This document shows, in pieces, positions 62,229-64,000 of a DNA stretch of 64,000 bases. The stretch comes from Mytilus californianus (taxonomy: Eukaryota), in the NCBI RefSeq assembly GCF_021869535.1, contig NW_026262745.1:45694001-45758000 (forward strand). Reading direction: 5' to 3'. Made by a program: the position numbers and the translations under genes. Position 1 is the stretch's first letter. Every line of letters begins with the position of its first letter. The notes beneath the pieces are model-generated. The model searched no databases. It had not been told where the DNA came from and worked only from the letters and a program-made list of their open reading frames with translations.

Positions 62229-64000
62229 TTTTTATACGACCGCAAAAATTAAAAATTTTTTGGTCGTATATTGGTATGACGTTGGCGTCGTCGTCGTCGT
62301 CGTCGTCGTCGTCTGGCGTCGTCCGGCGTCGTCCGAAGACACATTGGTTTTCGCACTCTAACTTTAGTTTAAGTGAATGGATCTCCATGAAATTTTACCA
62401 TAAGGTTCAATACCACGAAAGGAAGGTTGGGATTGATTTTGGGGGTTATGGTACCATTAGTTAAGGAATTAGGGGTCAAAAAGGGGCCAGAAATAAGCAT
62501 TTTTGTAACTTCCAGACAATAACTTGTGTGTAAGTGTATTGATCTCTCTGACATTGTACCACAAGGTTCCATATCACAAAGGGAAGGCTGTAATTGATTT
62601 TGGGGGTAATTGCCTCAAAATTTTAGGAATTAGGGGCCAAAAAAGGGGCAAAAAACAAGCATTTTTCTAGTTTCATGACAATAACTTGTGTGTAAGTGTT
62701 TGGATATTTCTGAAATTGTACTACAAGGTTCTATATCACAAAGGGAAAGCTGGAATTGAGTTTGGGGGTAATTGCCCGAAACGTTTAGGAATTGGGGGCC
62801 AAAAAGGGGCCAGAAATAAGCATTTTTCTAGTTTCCAGACAATAACTTGTGTTCAAGTGTATGGATCTCTCTGAAATTGTACTGCAAGGTACCATACCAC
62901 AAAGGGAAGGCTGGGATTGAGTTTGGGGGTGATGAATCATAAGGGGGATCAAAAAATTGGGGGGGGGATTTTTTTTTTCTTTTTTTTTCTTTTTTTCCTT
63001 TTTTTTCTTTTAAAATTTTCCATTTTAAGTTGGTTATTTCTGATTAATATTTAAAAGCAAATAATAATGATATGGTAGGAGATACACACCAAACAGGATG
63101 TGTAAATTATTATATAATAAGTATTGTGCAATAGCAAGAAATTTTCAATTGCACAGTATTGCACAATAGCAAGAAATCTTCAATTGCACAGTATTGCGCA
63201 ATAGCAAGAAATCTTCAATTGCACAGTATTGCGCAATAGCAAGAAATATCCAATAGCACAATATTGTGCAATAGCAAGAAATTGTCAATTGTACAGTATT
63301 GCGCAATAGCAAGAAATATTCAATTGCACAGTATTGTGCAAAAGAAGATACTTCGTATAAATTGCTTATTTCTTGATCAATTTCAATGGGGTTATATTCT
63401 TGAATTCTTGGGGTTCTTTAATATGCTGAATCTAACCGTGTATTAAGTTTTTGGATTTTGGGCCCCGTTTTTAAATTGGTCCACATTGAGGTCCAAAGGG
63501 TCCAAAATGTAACTTTGTTTGATTTCATCAAAAATTGAATATTGGGGTTCTTTGATATGCCGAAAATAACCGTGTATTTAGATTCTTAATTTTTGGTTCC
63601 GTTTTCAAATTGGTCTACATTAAGGTCCAAAGGGTCCAAAATTAAACTTAGTTTGATTTTAACAAAAATTGAATTTTTAGGGTTCTTTGATATGCTGAAT
63701 CTAAACATGTATTTAGATTTTTGATTATGGGCCCAGTTTTCAAGTTGGTCCAAATCGGGGTCCAAAATTAAACTTTGTTTGATTTCAACAAAAATTGAAT
63801 ATATGGGGTTCTTTGATATGCTGAATCTAACCATGTATTTATATTTTTGATTTTAGGGCCCTGTTATCAACTTTGTCCACATTGAGGTCAAAAGGGTCCA
63901 AAATTAAACTTTGTTTGATTTCATCAAAAATTGAATTCTTGGGGTTCTTTGATATGCTGAATCTAACCATGTATTTAGATTTTGGATATTGGACCATAAT
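62229..64000 (+). mobile_element. Long Helentron/HINE-like element (same family as 62-1375) carrying three different tandem arrays, truncated by the window end
   Basis: 5' hairpin tatacgacc...ggtcgtata (62233-62270), (GTC)n at 62288-62335, four 162-bp-family units (62350-62930), six 35-bp units (63121-63342) and ~126-136-bp units (63411-64000). Confidence 0.85.

Noticed and set aside
63121-63342. 35-bp repeats of CRISPR-like length with partial dyad symmetry
   Set aside because: Units are head-to-tail with no unique spacers, there are no cas genes, the context is eukaryotic, and the array lies inside a HINE.

Overview
AT-rich eukaryotic genomic DNA. The repeat families and gene style suggest a bivalve mollusc, most likely Mytilus (inference from recognition, not a database search). 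Two convergent protein-coding genes are well supported. (1) A + strand spliced gene (CDS exons 11373-11451, 13585-13884, 14777-17283; ~960 aa) encodes an NLR-like STAND receptor: short N-terminal peptide with a RHIM-like motif, acidic and Pro/Gln-rich linker, nSTAND3-type P-loop NTPase and ~10 ankyrin repeats. (2) A - strand gene encodes a giant type-I membrane mucin (~5,650 aa): signal peptide, one uninterrupted 16,638-bp exon of ~460 copies of a 12-aa Thr/Glu repeat, then a TM helix and short tail at 24221-24507. The rest is a dense mosaic of non-autonomous elements: Helentron/HINE-like elements with internal tandem arrays (including an inverted pair at the two window ends), TIR MITEs with TTAA, 5-bp and 9-bp target duplications, SINE-like retroposons, decayed CR1/L2 LINE ends, and degenerate hammerhead-ribozyme (retrozyme-like) units. 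Two orphan exon-like segments lie at 57.6-60.7 kb. There are no rRNA, tRNA or CRISPR features. All coordinates were read by eye.
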